A stretch of 52,963 bases of DNA from an uncultured Oscillospiraceae bacterium (GCA_947631805.1 CANRNA010000262.1:1-52963), one strand, 5' to 3'. Counted from the stretch's first letter, positions 35,498 to 45,273 are shown. The notes: generated by a model not told the origin, from the sequence alone. Translations and numbers: made by a program.

Positions 35498-36732
35498 GTG
35501 CTACCCCCCGGCGCTATGCCCGTCAGGTCGTGGATGGTCTCGGACGTTATGTAGCCGGGGACCGCCTGGTTGATTTTGGTGGTGGCGTCACCTATGGCGC
35601 CGATACCGGCGGTGTCGGGCTCAAATACAGGGCCCCACGCCGCCGTGGTGTTCACCACCTGCTGGCGGAGAAACGGGTACCTGTCTCGGAGGCAGGCAGC
35701 CAAATAGCCCGCATTTCTGAGGCCCACGGTAAAACACCGCTGCGCCTTTCTGGCGGTCAGGCGCAGGCCTTCGTGGGCGGCTTTGATTGCGTCGTATGAG
35801 CTGGGGTTGTCGGAGGCAAAGCCCAGGTCGTCCAGGGTCAACCCCGTCTCGCCAGAAAAGGCGGCGGCGAACATCCTAAGGTGCTCGACGTGGGGTGACA
35901 TGGAGCCCGCTGTAAACTGGCCCAGGGTAGGCCTCTCCCCTTCTTCGTCCTTGGTAAAGGTCAGCAGCGCGGACATGGATGCCCGCCAGCGGTCCAAGTC
36001 TACCTCGGAGTCCTCAGAGATGCCGGATGCGTACCGCTGTGGGTAGCTGTAAAATTCGGCGGAGATTTCGGAGCGCTTGAGGGTGCGGATGGCGGATGTC
36101 ATGATGTCCATGCAGGCCCTGGTTATGCGGCTATGGCCAAAAGGCCGGTCAGAGGTGGGCCGGTATATCACGGGGACAAGCAGAGGATAGGGGACTGGGT
36201 GGTTGACGGTCTGGATAATTTTATTTCCGCGGTAGTACCGGGTCCTATAGGGCTCGAAATAAGCCTCCATTTTCGCCGCCCCCACATCATCCCGCTCCAG
36301 CACGGCATATCCCTCTGTCAAGAGCTGGGTGATGGGGTCGATGACGCCGGTGGCGTTACGGCAGTCCAGCACCTGGAGCCGGGGAAAGCCGTCATCATCA
36401 GGGGAAATGTAGATAAAATCACATGAGCCGATAAGCGCCCCGGTCACCGCCTGGTCGTAGATGACGTCGGGGTTATTGGCAGCGTAGATTCCGGCAAAGT
36501 CAAACGGGTCGTTTCTCCACTCGCGGAAGGTGAGGCGGTCTGCCACGCTGTCAACGGCCTTGCCGCACCAGCCCAGGACGGGCATAAAGTGGGTCAATCC
36601 GGGCGGCGTGGATATGTTCAGGTCCCGGGCTAAAATCTTCATGTCGTAAAACAGGTAGCGGATTTGCGCGCGGGTCTGCTTGCGCTGTAGTTCTTGCCGC
36701 AAATACGCCATGCCTTTTTGTGTGGTAGCCAT
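35494..36732 (-). CDS. portal protein (SPP1 Gp6-like)
   Basis: ATG 36732 (MATTQKGMAYLRQ) lies 7 nt after GGAGG. It is about 412 aa and is followed by the Mu F-like gene. Confidence 0.75.
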   Translation of the reverse strand: MATTQKGMAYLRQELQRKQTRAQIRYLFYDMKILARDLNISTPPGLTHFMPVLGWCGKAVDSVADRLTFREWRNDPFDFAGIYAANNPDVIYDQAVTGALIGSCDFIYISPDDDGFPRLQVLDCRNATGVIDPITQLLTEGYAVLERDDVGAAKMEAYFEPYRTRYYRGNKIIQTVNHPVPYPLLVPVIYRPTSDRPFGHSRITRACMDIMTSAIRTLKRSEISAEFYSYPQRYASGISEDSEVDLDRWRASMSALLTFTKDEEGERPTLGQFTAGSMSPHVEHLRMFAAAFSGETGLTLDDLGFASDNPSSYDAIKAAHEGLRLTARKAQRCFTVGLRNAGYLAACLRDRYPFLRQQVVNTTAAWGPVFEPDTAGIGAIGDATTKINQAVPGYITSETIHDLTGIAPGGST

Positions 36733-36781
36733 GCAAAATCCTCCAATGCGTGTGTTTTTTTGTGTAGTGGACGGCGTGAAG

Positions 36782-37177
36782 TCACGAAGAGGCCGGGGCG
36801 GGGTCCCCCTCCCCCCCTCTTCCTGGGGAATTACCGGGCCGATAATGGGCCCAGTCAAGGGTCTGGGGGAGCAACCGGTTGGATATGGTCTCTTCCACGA
36901 ACTGCGCCCTTGTTTTCGGGCCGGAAATTTTATCTGATTTTTGGCGGTTGCAACACCAATGAGCGAGCTGCAAGTTGCTGCGATCAGACGGATGACCGCC
37001 GCGACTGATTGGGACGATATGGTCGATACAGGGCGCCAGAGGGTCAGGGGGTTTTAGCGTCTTATCCACGGGCTTGCCGCATATCCCGCAGACTGTTTCG
37101 GACGCCATCACCCTCTTGCGGTTCTTTTCGTAAGCCGTGCGGTGCGGGCCCTGTTGGTCGGGGCGTCTCTCTGCCAT
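36782..37177 (-). CDS. HNH endonuclease
   Basis: 131-aa ORF with CGICGK...DHIVPISRGGH...NLQLAHWCCNRQKSD. Confidence 0.85.
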   Translation of the reverse strand: MAERRPDQQGPHRTAYEKNRKRVMASETVCGICGKPVDKTLKPPDPLAPCIDHIVPISRGGHPSDRSNLQLAHWCCNRQKSDKISGPKTRAQFVEETISNRLLPQTLDWAHYRPGNSPGRGGEGDPAPASS

Positions 37178-37188
37178 GGGGGTGCCTC

Positions 37189-37530
37189 CTATACCTGCCT
37201 CCCACTCCCGGCGTCTGGCCGGGGGGGTGGGGGTATTTTTTGGAGGGCTACCAATTTGCGGTCCAATATGGCGTAAAAGCTAGCCCGGCGCAGGTGGAAT
37301 GTGTCACGATTGCAGGGGATACGCTCAGCCCGCAAGGCGCGCCAGGGGTAGTCCGTGCTGGTGACATGCTTGATGAGGTAGTCGGCCAGGGCGTCCGGGG
37401 CCGCCTCGTGGGCGGCGGCCTCTACTATGTCCCTGTCCAAGCCGTCAGACTGCAAACAAAACTCCCTGAGTTCTCGGACTCGCTCAACTGGCAACTTGAG
37501 GGCGGCCAGCTTTGCCTGGTAATTTCTCAT
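37189..37530 (-). CDS. putative late-gene regulator (region-4-like HTH), function uncertain
   Basis: ATG 37530 (MRNYQAKL) overlaps the upstream stop. The C-terminal IPCNRDTFHLRRASFYAILDRKL resembles RinA/ArpU-type HTH. A small terminase role is not excluded. Confidence 0.4.
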   Translation of the reverse strand: MRNYQAKLAALKLPVERVRELREFCLQSDGLDRDIVEAAAHEAAPDALADYLIKHVTSTDYPWRALRAERIPCNRDTFHLRRASFYAILDRKLVALQKIPPPPRPDAGSGRQV

Positions 37531-37688
37531 GTGCTTACCCCTCCAATACACCGCGCCACAAAAACAAAAAGCAGCCCAAGGGCCAGATATGCGACGTCCT
37601 GGCGCTCTCTTTTGCTGGCCTCACCGACGGCCGCCAGGATGCAAAGAAGCCCAAAAATGTGGAGCGCAATAGAGACCGCTTTAATCAT
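37527..37688 (-). CDS. small two-TM membrane protein (53 aa)
   Basis: Internal ATG 37688 (MIKAVSIALHIFGLLCILAAV) lies 8 nt after GGAGG. The upstream part of track ORF 37527..37922 is Arg/Pro shadow sequence. Confidence 0.5.
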   Translation of the reverse strand: MIKAVSIALHIFGLLCILAAVGEASKRERQDVAYLALGLLFVFVARCIGGVST

Positions 37689-37768
37689 CGGTAGTGCCTC
37701 CGTCAGCCGTGTCCTGGATGAGCTTGATGGTGACGGTCTGGCCGCCGACGCTTTTGAACGTGATCGTG

Positions 37769-38047
37769 TCAGTCTCGTCCTCCTTGGCCGCCGTCGATGT
37801 CTTCCAGGGCGGTGGCCAGCCTTTCTAGGATGCCGTTGATCAGCGTGGCGAGGCTCTCTCCAAGCTCCTGGAAACTCTGAGGGCCTATTTTCCAGTTTGC
37901 GGGGATGTTTCCAGGACCGCATACGCCGTCAACGTCAAAGAACGGGCAGCAGTCGGTGCCGCTGGAGCAGTTTGCACGGCCCTTACAGAGCCTTTTTACC
38001 TCTCCGAGGGTGTATTCCTCCAGGGCCTTTTTGGTTGTGTCATCCAT
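37769..38047 (-). CDS. hypothetical Cys-rich phage protein
   Basis: ATG 38047 (MDDTTKKALEEY) lies 9 nt after GGAGG. Confidence 0.5.
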   Translation of the reverse strand: MDDTTKKALEEYTLGEVKRLCKGRANCSSGTDCCPFFDVDGVCGPGNIPANWKIGPQSFQELGESLATLINGILERLATALEDIDGGQGGRD

Positions 38048-38128
38048 GTTTATCATCCTCCGTTCTAAAGTTATACATTGCCCCAAGGTCAAAAATATGT
38101 GCCGTTATAATCGCCGCCGGGGCGGTTT

Positions 38129-38854
38129 TTACCGCTCAGGAAGCAGATATTTCAAATAGGTATACCTCCCAAAATAATTGTCGTCTGCATAGTGTTCCAG
38201 CACAAAAGCGCCGGGCGGGGGCTGTATCGTGCGGGATTCCGCTACAAGCTCCGAGGTGGTTTCTGGCTTAGTCAGGTTTCGGGATGGTGTCCAGGCTCGC
38301 TCCCCCTTTTTTAGGCCATGCGTTTCTGGGTGCCTCTCTTTGACCATGTACCGGGCACGGGGCTCATAACTGTCAAACTCGCCGTCCAGCAGCGGTTCTG
38401 TGTGGGCCTGGCCTCCATGCCATAGAGATTTGACTATTTCCGCGTCGTATGGGCTCAGTATTATGTGGTGATGGAGACGGCGGGCCCCGGCGGGTGCATC
38501 TGGGACGGACTCGGTATTATATATGTACTTGAGCTCCCAGCCCCGGCGGCGATATTGGTCACGGAGACGCCGCAAAAATTTATTGATCTCTTTTTTTGCG
38601 GCGGCCCGGTCTGGCGGCAGGTGTTTGTCGTCATAGGTCAGCGTGGCCCAACAGTCCGACGGGGAGAAATTCGCCGCCAGAAGCAGCTCCAGGCGCTGCC
38701 ACGCGGCCCGAAAATTGAGCTTTTGGCGGGCGGCTGAGCTGGCCCGCTTTTTGGCTGCCCGTTCTGTCGGTGTGTCCCCCTGCATAGGCTGCGAATAGCA
38801 TATTCCATAGACCAGGCGCCCGGCGGTGACTGTTTTTATACGGTTTTTCCCCAT
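38129..38854 (-). CDS. HUH-superfamily rolling-circle Rep-like protein
   Basis: 241-aa ORF with ordered motifs ATLTYDD (motif 1), RLHHHIILS (HUH) and ARYMVKE (Tyr motif). Confidence 0.45.
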   Translation of the reverse strand: MGKNRIKTVTAGRLVYGICYSQPMQGDTPTERAAKKRASSAARQKLNFRAAWQRLELLLAANFSPSDCWATLTYDDKHLPPDRAAAKKEINKFLRRLRDQYRRRGWELKYIYNTESVPDAPAGARRLHHHIILSPYDAEIVKSLWHGGQAHTEPLLDGEFDSYEPRARYMVKERHPETHGLKKGERAWTPSRNLTKPETTSELVAESRTIQPPPGAFVLEHYADDNYFGRYTYLKYLLPER

Positions 38855-39675
38855 ATTTTCCCCCCCTGCTCAAGGTGCCCAGCGGCCATTGTGTCCAAAA
38901 TGGACACCTGGGCTTGAGCCCGGTCAAGCCGGGCCCGGGCTGTGGCAAAAATCGGGTCCATGATTTCACAGCCTATAAAATCATGCCCCTCCATTATGGC
39001 GGCTTCGCCGGTGCTCCCGCTCCCCATAAAAGGGTCAAACACCACACCCTCCCCGTGAGGCAGCACAGCCATAAGGGCACGCATAAGGGCCAGCGGCTTC
39101 TCGGTCTGGTGGAGGCGGCGGGCGGAGGGCACGGACGGGACGTTATAGCATCCCGGGACGGCCTGGAGGCCGGGGCCAGCGATAGGGCGCGGCCCATTTG
39201 TGCCCCATACAAGGTACTCACAGTCAGCGCGGTAGCGGCCTGGCTGGTTACGGGTGACGCCCTTGTTCCATACGACGATGCCGCGCCACACAAGCCCTCC
39301 CATCTGGATGGCGTCCGTCATAGCCGGTAGGTTGCGCCAGTCGCAAAAGGCCCCGGCGATGGCCCCGGACCTCATCTTGGGGCGGCAGCGGGCGAAAAGC
39401 TCCCGCATAAAAGCGGTGAAGCTCCGCTGGTCCATGTTGTCTCCGGAAAAGTCGTCCAGGTCATAAGCGCCGTGAAATTTGTTGTCTGCGTACTTTACCC
39501 CGGTGCTCTGTTTTCGGTCCCCGGCGAAAAGGCCGCCGGATGAGTAGGGCGGGTCGGTCAAGATGAGGTCAATGGTCCCATCCTCCAGCGCGGGGATAAA
39601 GTCCAGGCAGTCCCCCTTATACAGCTTTATTTCTATCGCTCTCACCCCCGCGCCGCCGACGTCCAATTTGGACAC
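38836..39675 (-). CDS. site-specific DNA methyltransferase (N6-A or N4-C, beta class)
   Basis: 279-aa ORF. DPPY catalytic motif (LILTDPPYSSGG) precedes the SAM-binding motif (VFDPFMGSGSTGEAA). Confidence 0.85.
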   Translation of the reverse strand: MSKLDVGGAGVRAIEIKLYKGDCLDFIPALEDGTIDLILTDPPYSSGGLFAGDRKQSTGVKYADNKFHGAYDLDDFSGDNMDQRSFTAFMRELFARCRPKMRSGAIAGAFCDWRNLPAMTDAIQMGGLVWRGIVVWNKGVTRNQPGRYRADCEYLVWGTNGPRPIAGPGLQAVPGCYNVPSVPSARRLHQTEKPLALMRALMAVLPHGEGVVFDPFMGSGSTGEAAIMEGHDFIGCEIMDPIFATARARLDRAQAQVSILDTMAAGHLEQGGKIWGKTV

Positions 39676-39858
39676 GCCTGGTGGCCTGATTTAGGTATGG
39701 CAAGGCCGCGGCGCACAGCCGCGGCCTCCCTTTTCACTTGTCGGGCCCATGGGCCCCTCTCCGTTTTACCAATAAAGCACAGCCTTTGTCAATGCGGGGC
39801 AGAAAACGGGGCGCCTTTTTGGTGGCGGGCGTTAATCCTTAACAACGCCCCTGCGTAT

Positions 39859-40089
39859 TTATCTCCCCTCAGATGTTGCAGTCTCCCGGCGGTCCAGCCA
39901 CATTTCGGCCAGGCAGTCAACTGTCAGCTCATCCATCCAGCATGGTGAGCCGTCCGGGCAAGGGCCATTTTTCTGGCCGCACTCCTTGCAAAGCGGGGCG
40001 GTGAAGATGTCGAACAGTTCCCGGCGCTGGGCCTCCAGCTCCACCAGGATGGATACAACCTCGCCCCTTATATAGGTCGTTTTAGACAT
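39859..40089 (-). CDS. hypothetical phage protein
   Basis: 76-aa ORF with several Cys residues. Confidence 0.5.
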   Translation of the reverse strand: MSKTTYIRGEVVSILVELEAQRRELFDIFTAPLCKECGQKNGPCPDGSPCWMDELTVDCLAEMWLDRRETATSEGR

Positions 40090-40104
40090 TCTCTTTATCC
40101 CCTT

Positions 40105-40422
40105 TCATGTTGTTTTGAGTGTTATCCCCCCCCGGCGCATAGCGTCCATGTCAACAACAACCACACCCTGGGCGGCGCGGAGTTTATCAGCCAGGTCACG
40201 TCCCTTGTCTGACATGGTGCTACGGAGACCGGCCGCAAAGCTCTCCATCGTGGCCACCAATAGGGGCCAGTCGCCCCTGTCATAATAATTGGCCAAATCA
40301 TGCAGCGGGACGGCCATTTTCTGCGTCTCGCGCTGGAGATAGTCCCGCGCGGCGGGATAATTGCGTATGCCCATAAAGGTCAGCAACACGGACCTGGGTG
40401 CCTTATTCGGCATTATGGTCAC
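40105..40422 (-). CDS. hypothetical phage protein
   Basis: 105-aa ORF overlapping the ParB-like stop. Confidence 0.5.
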   Translation of the reverse strand: MTIMPNKAPRSVLLTFMGIRNYPAARDYLQRETQKMAVPLHDLANYYDRGDWPLLVATMESFAAGLRSTMSDKGRDLADKLRAAQGVVVVDMDAMRRGGITLKTT

Positions 40423-41875
40423 CCCCTTGATCTTCCGGCTGCGCCTGGGCCTCGTTTGCCCCGGGCGGTGGATTCACCGCCGCCCACCAGGCATACTCAT
40501 CGGGCCAGGCTTTGATGTAACGAGTTATTGCAGCGGGGGGCGGCGTCCGCAAGCCTCTGGAGCCCCAAAAAATCGTCATTTCCTCGTCTCTCGGGGGTGT
40601 CTCCGCTGTCAGGTGCCATGTTATCCCCTCCCCTCGCGGCGTCGGGGGCTCACGGCCTACCAGCACGTCCAGGGACACACCAAAGAGGTCCGCATAATAT
40701 TTCATCGTGACGAGGGCCGTGTAATTGTCCGGGAAAACTATGTCGTTCACCTGAGGGTCGCGGCGCTCTTTTTGGTCATAGTCCAACATCCCGGGATAGA
40801 TGCACAGCCGCGGGTCATCCGCGGGGATGTCGGCGGCCTCGCGGAGGGCTTTCAACCGCGCCCAGCAGATATCGGCGGCAGCCTTCTTTTCCTCTTTCTT
40901 ACGACGCTGTATTATGGCCTGTGCCTTCGCTTTGATGGCGTCGCCCTTTTTGCGCTTCTCTTCCGCGTCATCCTTGCACAGCGGGCAGCTATCTTCGCAG
41001 GTGGTGAGCTTGGCACAGTGGGCGCAGCAGCCCACACATTCGCACTCCCAATTCCAGCTATACTTCATTCCGCGGTCATGGATAAACATGGCCGTCTCGT
41101 TTTGGCAGGTCCCGCCGTGGGGACATTCGCGGCTTCTTATGGTCTCGCTGGCATATCGGGCCAGGCTCTGGACCTGTTCAAGTGTCTTTTTTTTGATGTC
41201 GCCGGGCTCACCTGCAACGAGCTCTTGACGGTCCGGCGGCAGTTTGGCCAGCTCATAGGATATTGACTCGTTGAGCTGCCCAGCGTCAAACATAGCCAAA
41301 TACTGGGGGGCAAGGTCAGCGCGGATTTTTTTAAGCCTGGCAAGTTTGGATTCGCTCAACTGCATGGCTTCGGACACGGCGGTCCTTATCCGGCCGGGTA
41401 TCTCCACCCCGGATTCCTTAAGGGCCACCAAGAGTTCCTGCAGGCGTTCCGCCTGTTTGGAGAGCTCTGCGTCTGTCAATTTGCGGCTCTGTCGGTTTGC
41501 TTCGATCAGCGCCAGCTCTTCCAGCACCGCGTTGACGGGCGTACGGATGATGGCCGGTATTTTGGCCCACCTCTTTTTATCCTCATCGCTGCCACTCTCA
41601 TGCAGGATGCCGGTGGCCCAGTACCGGCGCTCCCCGTCCGTGATAACATAGCCGCCGCCGTCAGCGGGGCGGACAATAATGGGGTGTATCAGGCCGGTGA
41701 GCTGGATGGACGTGGCCAGGGCGTCCAGGTCGGTCATGGTATAAAAATTGGCCTCGTTGGGCGTTATCTGCTCGCGTGGTATCTCTACCACCTGGCCAGC
41801 TATCTCCATTGGCTTGTCGCCCACGGCCTGGCGCACGGCGGCAGCCAGGGAAAAGGCGCGGTCACTGCTCGCCAT
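40403..41875 (-). CDS. ParB-N-domain protein with Cys-rich central region
   Basis: 490-aa ORF. The ParB/Srx box is [25 protein letters not shown]. The Cys cluster is CPHGGTC...[23 protein letters not shown]. Confidence 0.75.
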   Translation of the reverse strand: MASSDRAFSLAAAVRQAVGDKPMEIAGQVVEIPREQITPNEANFYTMTDLDALATSIQLTGLIHPIIVRPADGGGYVITDGERRYWATGILHESGSDEDKKRWAKIPAIIRTPVNAVLEELALIEANRQSRKLTDAELSKQAERLQELLVALKESGVEIPGRIRTAVSEAMQLSESKLARLKKIRADLAPQYLAMFDAGQLNESISYELAKLPPDRQELVAGEPGDIKKKTLEQVQSLARYASETIRSRECPHGGTCQNETAMFIHDRGMKYSWNWECECVGCCAHCAKLTTCEDSCPLCKDDAEEKRKKGDAIKAKAQAIIQRRKKEEKKAAADICWARLKALREAADIPADDPRLCIYPGMLDYDQKERRDPQVNDIVFPDNYTALVTMKYYADLFGVSLDVLVGREPPTPRGEGITWHLTAETPPRDEEMTIFWGSRGLRTPPPAAITRYIKAWPDEYAWWAAVNPPPGANEAQAQPEDQGGDHNAE

Positions 41876-42638
41876 TGCTATCCCTCCCCAAATACTCAGT
41901 AACCCATGCGCGATAGTCCCGCCCGGCGGAACTGGTTGGGCTCCATACGTTCAGCGGCTGGCGCATATAAGTGGATTCGTCTACTCGGTCAGAGCGGCGG
42001 ATGTACTGACGGAAAACGTGGTCGCCGTAGCGCTCCAAAAAGGCAGCGGCGCCCTGTTTTACTACCTCGACATTGTGGTACATGGTAATGAGGCAGGCAT
42101 ACCCCAGGCGCGGGCGCAGCTCTGTCAATGTCTCGATCTGGGCCTGCAGCTCTGCCACGCCGTCAGCGGAAAAGCCGTCCAGCTTGACGGGGATTATAAC
42201 CTCGTTGCTGCAATAGATAGCCGCCACGCTGGAGGCGGAAAAACTGGGCGGGCAGTCGATGATGACATAATCGGCGCCCTCTGCGTCCATGTGCTCCACA
42301 GCGTCCGCCATACGGTTGAGCGTGGATAGCCCGCGCCCGTTTAACAGGGCCGCCAGGTCTTCCATGGCAAGCTTTATGCTGCAAGGCACAACATGGACAT
42401 TCGCCAGGCCAGTCTCGTGGATGATTTGTTCCGGGGTGGCCTCCCCCCGCATAAGCTCATCCAGGCCGGGCAGGCCCACGTCTTTACAGCCAAAAAACGC
42501 GCTGAGATTGGCCTGGGGGTCAGCGTCCACCAGCACCACCCTCTTGCGGTGCTCCCTCGCCAGGATGGCCGCCATATTGATGGCGGTGGTGGTTTTCCCT
42601 ACACCTCCCTTTAGGTTAATCACTGATATGACCTTCAT
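41862..42638 (-). CDS. parA: ParA/Soj-family ATPase
   Basis: 258-aa ORF with the deviant Walker [17 protein letters not shown] and DADPQANLS. Confidence 0.85.
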   Translation of the reverse strand: MKVISVINLKGGVGKTTTAINMAAILAREHRKRVVLVDADPQANLSAFFGCKDVGLPGLDELMRGEATPEQIIHETGLANVHVVPCSIKLAMEDLAALLNGRGLSTLNRMADAVEHMDAEGADYVIIDCPPSFSASSVAAIYCSNEVIIPVKLDGFSADGVAELQAQIETLTELRPRLGYACLITMYHNVEVVKQGAAAFLERYGDHVFRQYIRRSDRVDESTYMRQPLNVWSPTSSAGRDYRAWVTEYLGRDSNGEQ

Positions 42639-42990
42639 TCTTTCCGTCCTTTCTGGCCCTTCGGGCCGGTTTATATTCCGTGCAATGCGTCGCCGGGCAT
42701 GGCCGTCTGTGGCCGGTCAGCAGGGCATAGGCGCAATAGCGGGTATGGTATGCGCTGCCAGTACTATAATTGAGCAACCTCCAATAATAGCAGCCCTCGC
42801 ACCCCTTGTTTGCTGGCGTACAATACCGCCGCTGGCCCCGGGGTATTGGGGGGGTGTCCAGAGCCTGGTGGACCGTCCAGCCGTTACTCAGGCGGCTCTT
42901 AATGGTCCATTTGCTGAGGCCGGTTATTTCGGCCCACTCTTCTATGGTGTGGACCTGGCCGTGGTGCTCAATTCTTCGCTTTCGGTCCAT
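42616..42990 (-). CDS. DNA-binding-like phage protein with Cys-rich C-terminus
   Basis: Internal ATG 42990 ([34 protein letters not shown]), with an HTH-like segment. Confidence 0.5.
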   Translation of the reverse strand: MDRKRRIEHHGQVHTIEEWAEITGLSKWTIKSRLSNGWTVHQALDTPPIPRGQRRYCTPANKGCEGCYYWRLLNYSTGSAYHTRYCAYALLTGHRRPCPATHCTEYKPARRARKDGKNEGHISD

Positions 42991-43165
42991 TTCCGCCCCT
43001 CCGATTGGGGAAATAGTAGGATTCCCGCACTTTGTGGCCACCTAGGTCAAACTCCACCACATAAAACCGCCGGGCCGGATGGATATATACCACGGTGCCA
43101 GTCTTCGTGACGCCGTTGTCCTGGCCCATGTGTAAGACCTCGGTTTTTTTGTCCCCTACCTGCAT
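42968..43165 (-). CDS. hypothetical phage protein
   Basis: 65-aa ORF. Confidence 0.45.
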   Translation of the reverse strand: MQVGDKKTEVLHMGQDNGVTKTGTVVYIHPARRFYVVEFDLGGHKVRESYYFPNRRGGNGPKAKN

Positions 43166-43178
43166 GTTTTTGCTCCTC

Positions 43179-44495
43179 CTATTCCCACCCCTCTGGCAAT
43201 TTTAATTGCTCGTTATCGTCCATCTCCCTAAACGGTACGCGGGCGGGCTGATTCTCTATTATCATGTCAAAGCGCTGGTGCTCGCCGTCAAACTCAAAAC
43301 GCCGCCCAAAACCGGCCGGGCCGTCTTTGTTCTTTTCGATTTTGATAAAACGGGGGCTTTTGCGGTTTTTGGGGTCTGTGAGGTACATGAGCATGATGGT
43401 GTCAGCATCTTGCTCAAATTGCCCTGATTCTTTTAGGTCTGCCATGGTGGGGGCCTTATTTTCAGAGCCCGCCGCCGGGCGCCGTAGCTGAGCCAGGGCA
43501 ATGATGACCAGGCCGGTGAGCTGGGCCAGGGCCCTGAGCTGGATAGACACGTCCTGCATCTGTTCCTGGCGGTCCCCTTTTGTGGTGGGGCGTATAAGTT
43601 GGACGTAATCAATAATTATGACTTCGTGCCGCCGGGCCATGGCCACGCTCTTGATCTCGGGGACGGACATGGACGCGCCCGTGATAAAGTCAAATTTGCG
43701 GGCGGTAATGTCATCCCGGCCCATGGCCTCCGCTATAGACTGCATATACTCGGGGGTTACGCGGTGGGCCTTGATATCCGGCAGCCGTACCGGCAGGGTA
43801 CTGGCCGCTATGCGGTCCCCGGCGGTTTCCGGGCCCGTCTCCAGGCTAAAAAAGCCGACCCGCTTTGTTTTTGCGATATTGAGTCCCACCTGCAGGGCCA
43901 GGGCTGTCTTGCCGGTGGACGGCCGGGCGCCGATGAGCACATAATGACCGGGGGCTGTGTGGAGGGCGCCATCCATCATCTCCAGCCCCCATTTGATATA
44001 ATCCGGGGCCGGGGCCCCCATCCGGGTCATAAAATCCGCCATAAGCTCCGTTATCGACATTACTGAGACGCCGGGGCGGGCGGTTATGATGGTTTCGGCG
44101 GCAGACACGGCGTCGGCGGCCTCCTCCATGGACTGGGCCCCATACAGGGCGGCAGCGGGCCTCTTGAGCCTGTCCAGCGCGGCCTGCTCGCGGAGAATGC
44201 TGCAATATCGCAGCACATTGACGGTGGTGGGGGTAAGCTCCATGCAATCAACGGCCAGGGCGCGGAGGTCCGGGCCAGCCTTGTCCACGATGGTCACCAC
44301 ATCCACGGGAGCGCCAGCGGAAAACAGGGCTCGGGCCGCCTCAAATATGCGCCGGTACTTGGTGTCGGGGAAATCCTCGTCCCTCACGGCGGTCATCACG
44401 TCGCCCAGACAGGCGGCATCAATGAGGATGGACCCGATTACAGCCTGCTCCGCCGTCTCTAGGACGCTGATAGCGGCGGTTTTCTTCTCATCCAT
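43179..44495 (-). CDS. dnaB: replicative DNA helicase (DnaB family)
   Basis: ATG 44495 (MDEKKTAAISVLE) lies 8 nt after GGAGG. Walker A is GARPSTGKTALALQ, Walker B is VIIIDYVQL, and the N-terminal domain is AEQAVIGSIL. Confidence 0.9.
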   Translation of the reverse strand: MDEKKTAAISVLETAEQAVIGSILIDAACLGDVMTAVRDEDFPDTKYRRIFEAARALFSAGAPVDVVTIVDKAGPDLRALAVDCMELTPTTVNVLRYCSILREQAALDRLKRPAAALYGAQSMEEAADAVSAAETIITARPGVSVMSITELMADFMTRMGAPAPDYIKWGLEMMDGALHTAPGHYVLIGARPSTGKTALALQVGLNIAKTKRVGFFSLETGPETAGDRIAASTLPVRLPDIKAHRVTPEYMQSIAEAMGRDDITARKFDFITGASMSVPEIKSVAMARRHEVIIIDYVQLIRPTTKGDRQEQMQDVSIQLRALAQLTGLVIIALAQLRRPAAGSENKAPTMADLKESGQFEQDADTIMLMYLTDPKNRKSPRFIKIEKNKDGPAGFGRRFEFDGEHQRFDMIIENQPARVPFREMDDNEQLKLPEGWE

Positions 44496-45273
44496 TCCGC
44501 CCGCCTCCGTCATCCGGCTGCCACAGGGACACGTCCGGGGCCTCCACTACCGGGGCGGCGGCCTGGGCCCCGCCCTTCGGCGGGTAGACCGTAAGCCAGC
44601 CGTGCTCTATGGCGTCGTCCAAGAGTTGGAGCATGGTGTTCCGGTCCCCGCCGCTGAGCTTTTTTAGCTTATTAAGCAGCAGCTTGGCCTGCTGGGCCGT
44701 TTTATACGGGTTTTTCTTTGCGGCTCGCACCTTGGCCAGCTCCGCCAGCTTGGAGAGCAGTGCCCGGTCATCACCTGCCCAGGCGGTGAACACGCCAGCC
44801 GCCTCTTTTGTAATCACTCTCTCCCTCGCGCCTGCGCGTATATTTATATATTTTTTATTTTCACTTTTATAAGGTGTCGGCCGGGGGGTCTCGCCATCTT
44901 TGTCTATATGGGTCTCGCCACCTATGTCTATACCCCCCTGGGGGGTCTCGCCATGGGTGTCTATACCCCCCTGGCTCGGTGATAACCCTGCGTATATATG
45001 GCGCTCCACCCCGTTGCGGTTGGAGCTCATTTCCACGTGGATAAGCCCGGCGGTCTCCAGGTCATGGATGGCCCTGGAGACCGTGCGCGGAGAACACCCC
45101 ACCCGCTCCGCCAGGTACTTATCCCGGGCCCAGCAGTAACCGTGCGGCCCGATCATGCGGGAGATTTCGGCATAAATCAATTTAGCCTTGTCACCCAGGG
45201 TCGGGCTGGCCAGCACGTCCGCTGGCATTATGGCCCAATAGGCCGGGTGCGGGGCATGGTCATCCATCTGCAT
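44488..45273 (-). CDS. replication organizer / initiator with winged-helix N-terminus
   Basis: 261-aa ORF with HTH RVGCSPRTVSRAIHDLETAGLI. DNA iterons are embedded in its centre, and it is followed by DnaB. Confidence 0.7.
   Translation of the reverse strand: MQMDDHAPHPAYWAIMPADVLASPTLGDKAKLIYAEISRMIGPHGYCWARDKYLAERVGCSPRTVSRAIHDLETAGLIHVEMSSNRNGVERHIYAGLSPSQGGIDTHGETPQGGIDIGGETHIDKDGETPRPTPYKSENKKYINIRAGARERVITKEAAGVFTAWAGDDRALLSKLAELAKVRAAKKNPYKTAQQAKLLLNKLKKLSGGDRNTMLQLLDDAIEHGWLTVYPPKGGAQAAAPVVEAPDVSLWQPDDGGGRNG
44887..44965. repeat. three iterons GGTCTCGCCA-N6-TCTATA (candidate phage ori)
   Basis: Copies at 44887-44908, 44911-44932 and 44944-44965, inside the organizer gene. They encode the GETxxxxID peptide repeat. 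Confidence 0.6.

Noticed and set aside
37527-37922. Full-length 131-aa track ORF.
   Set aside because: The first 78 codons are an Arg/Pro/Ser shadow overlapping CDS 37769..38047. Only the last 53 codons, which have their own GGAGG RBS and two TM helices, look coding.
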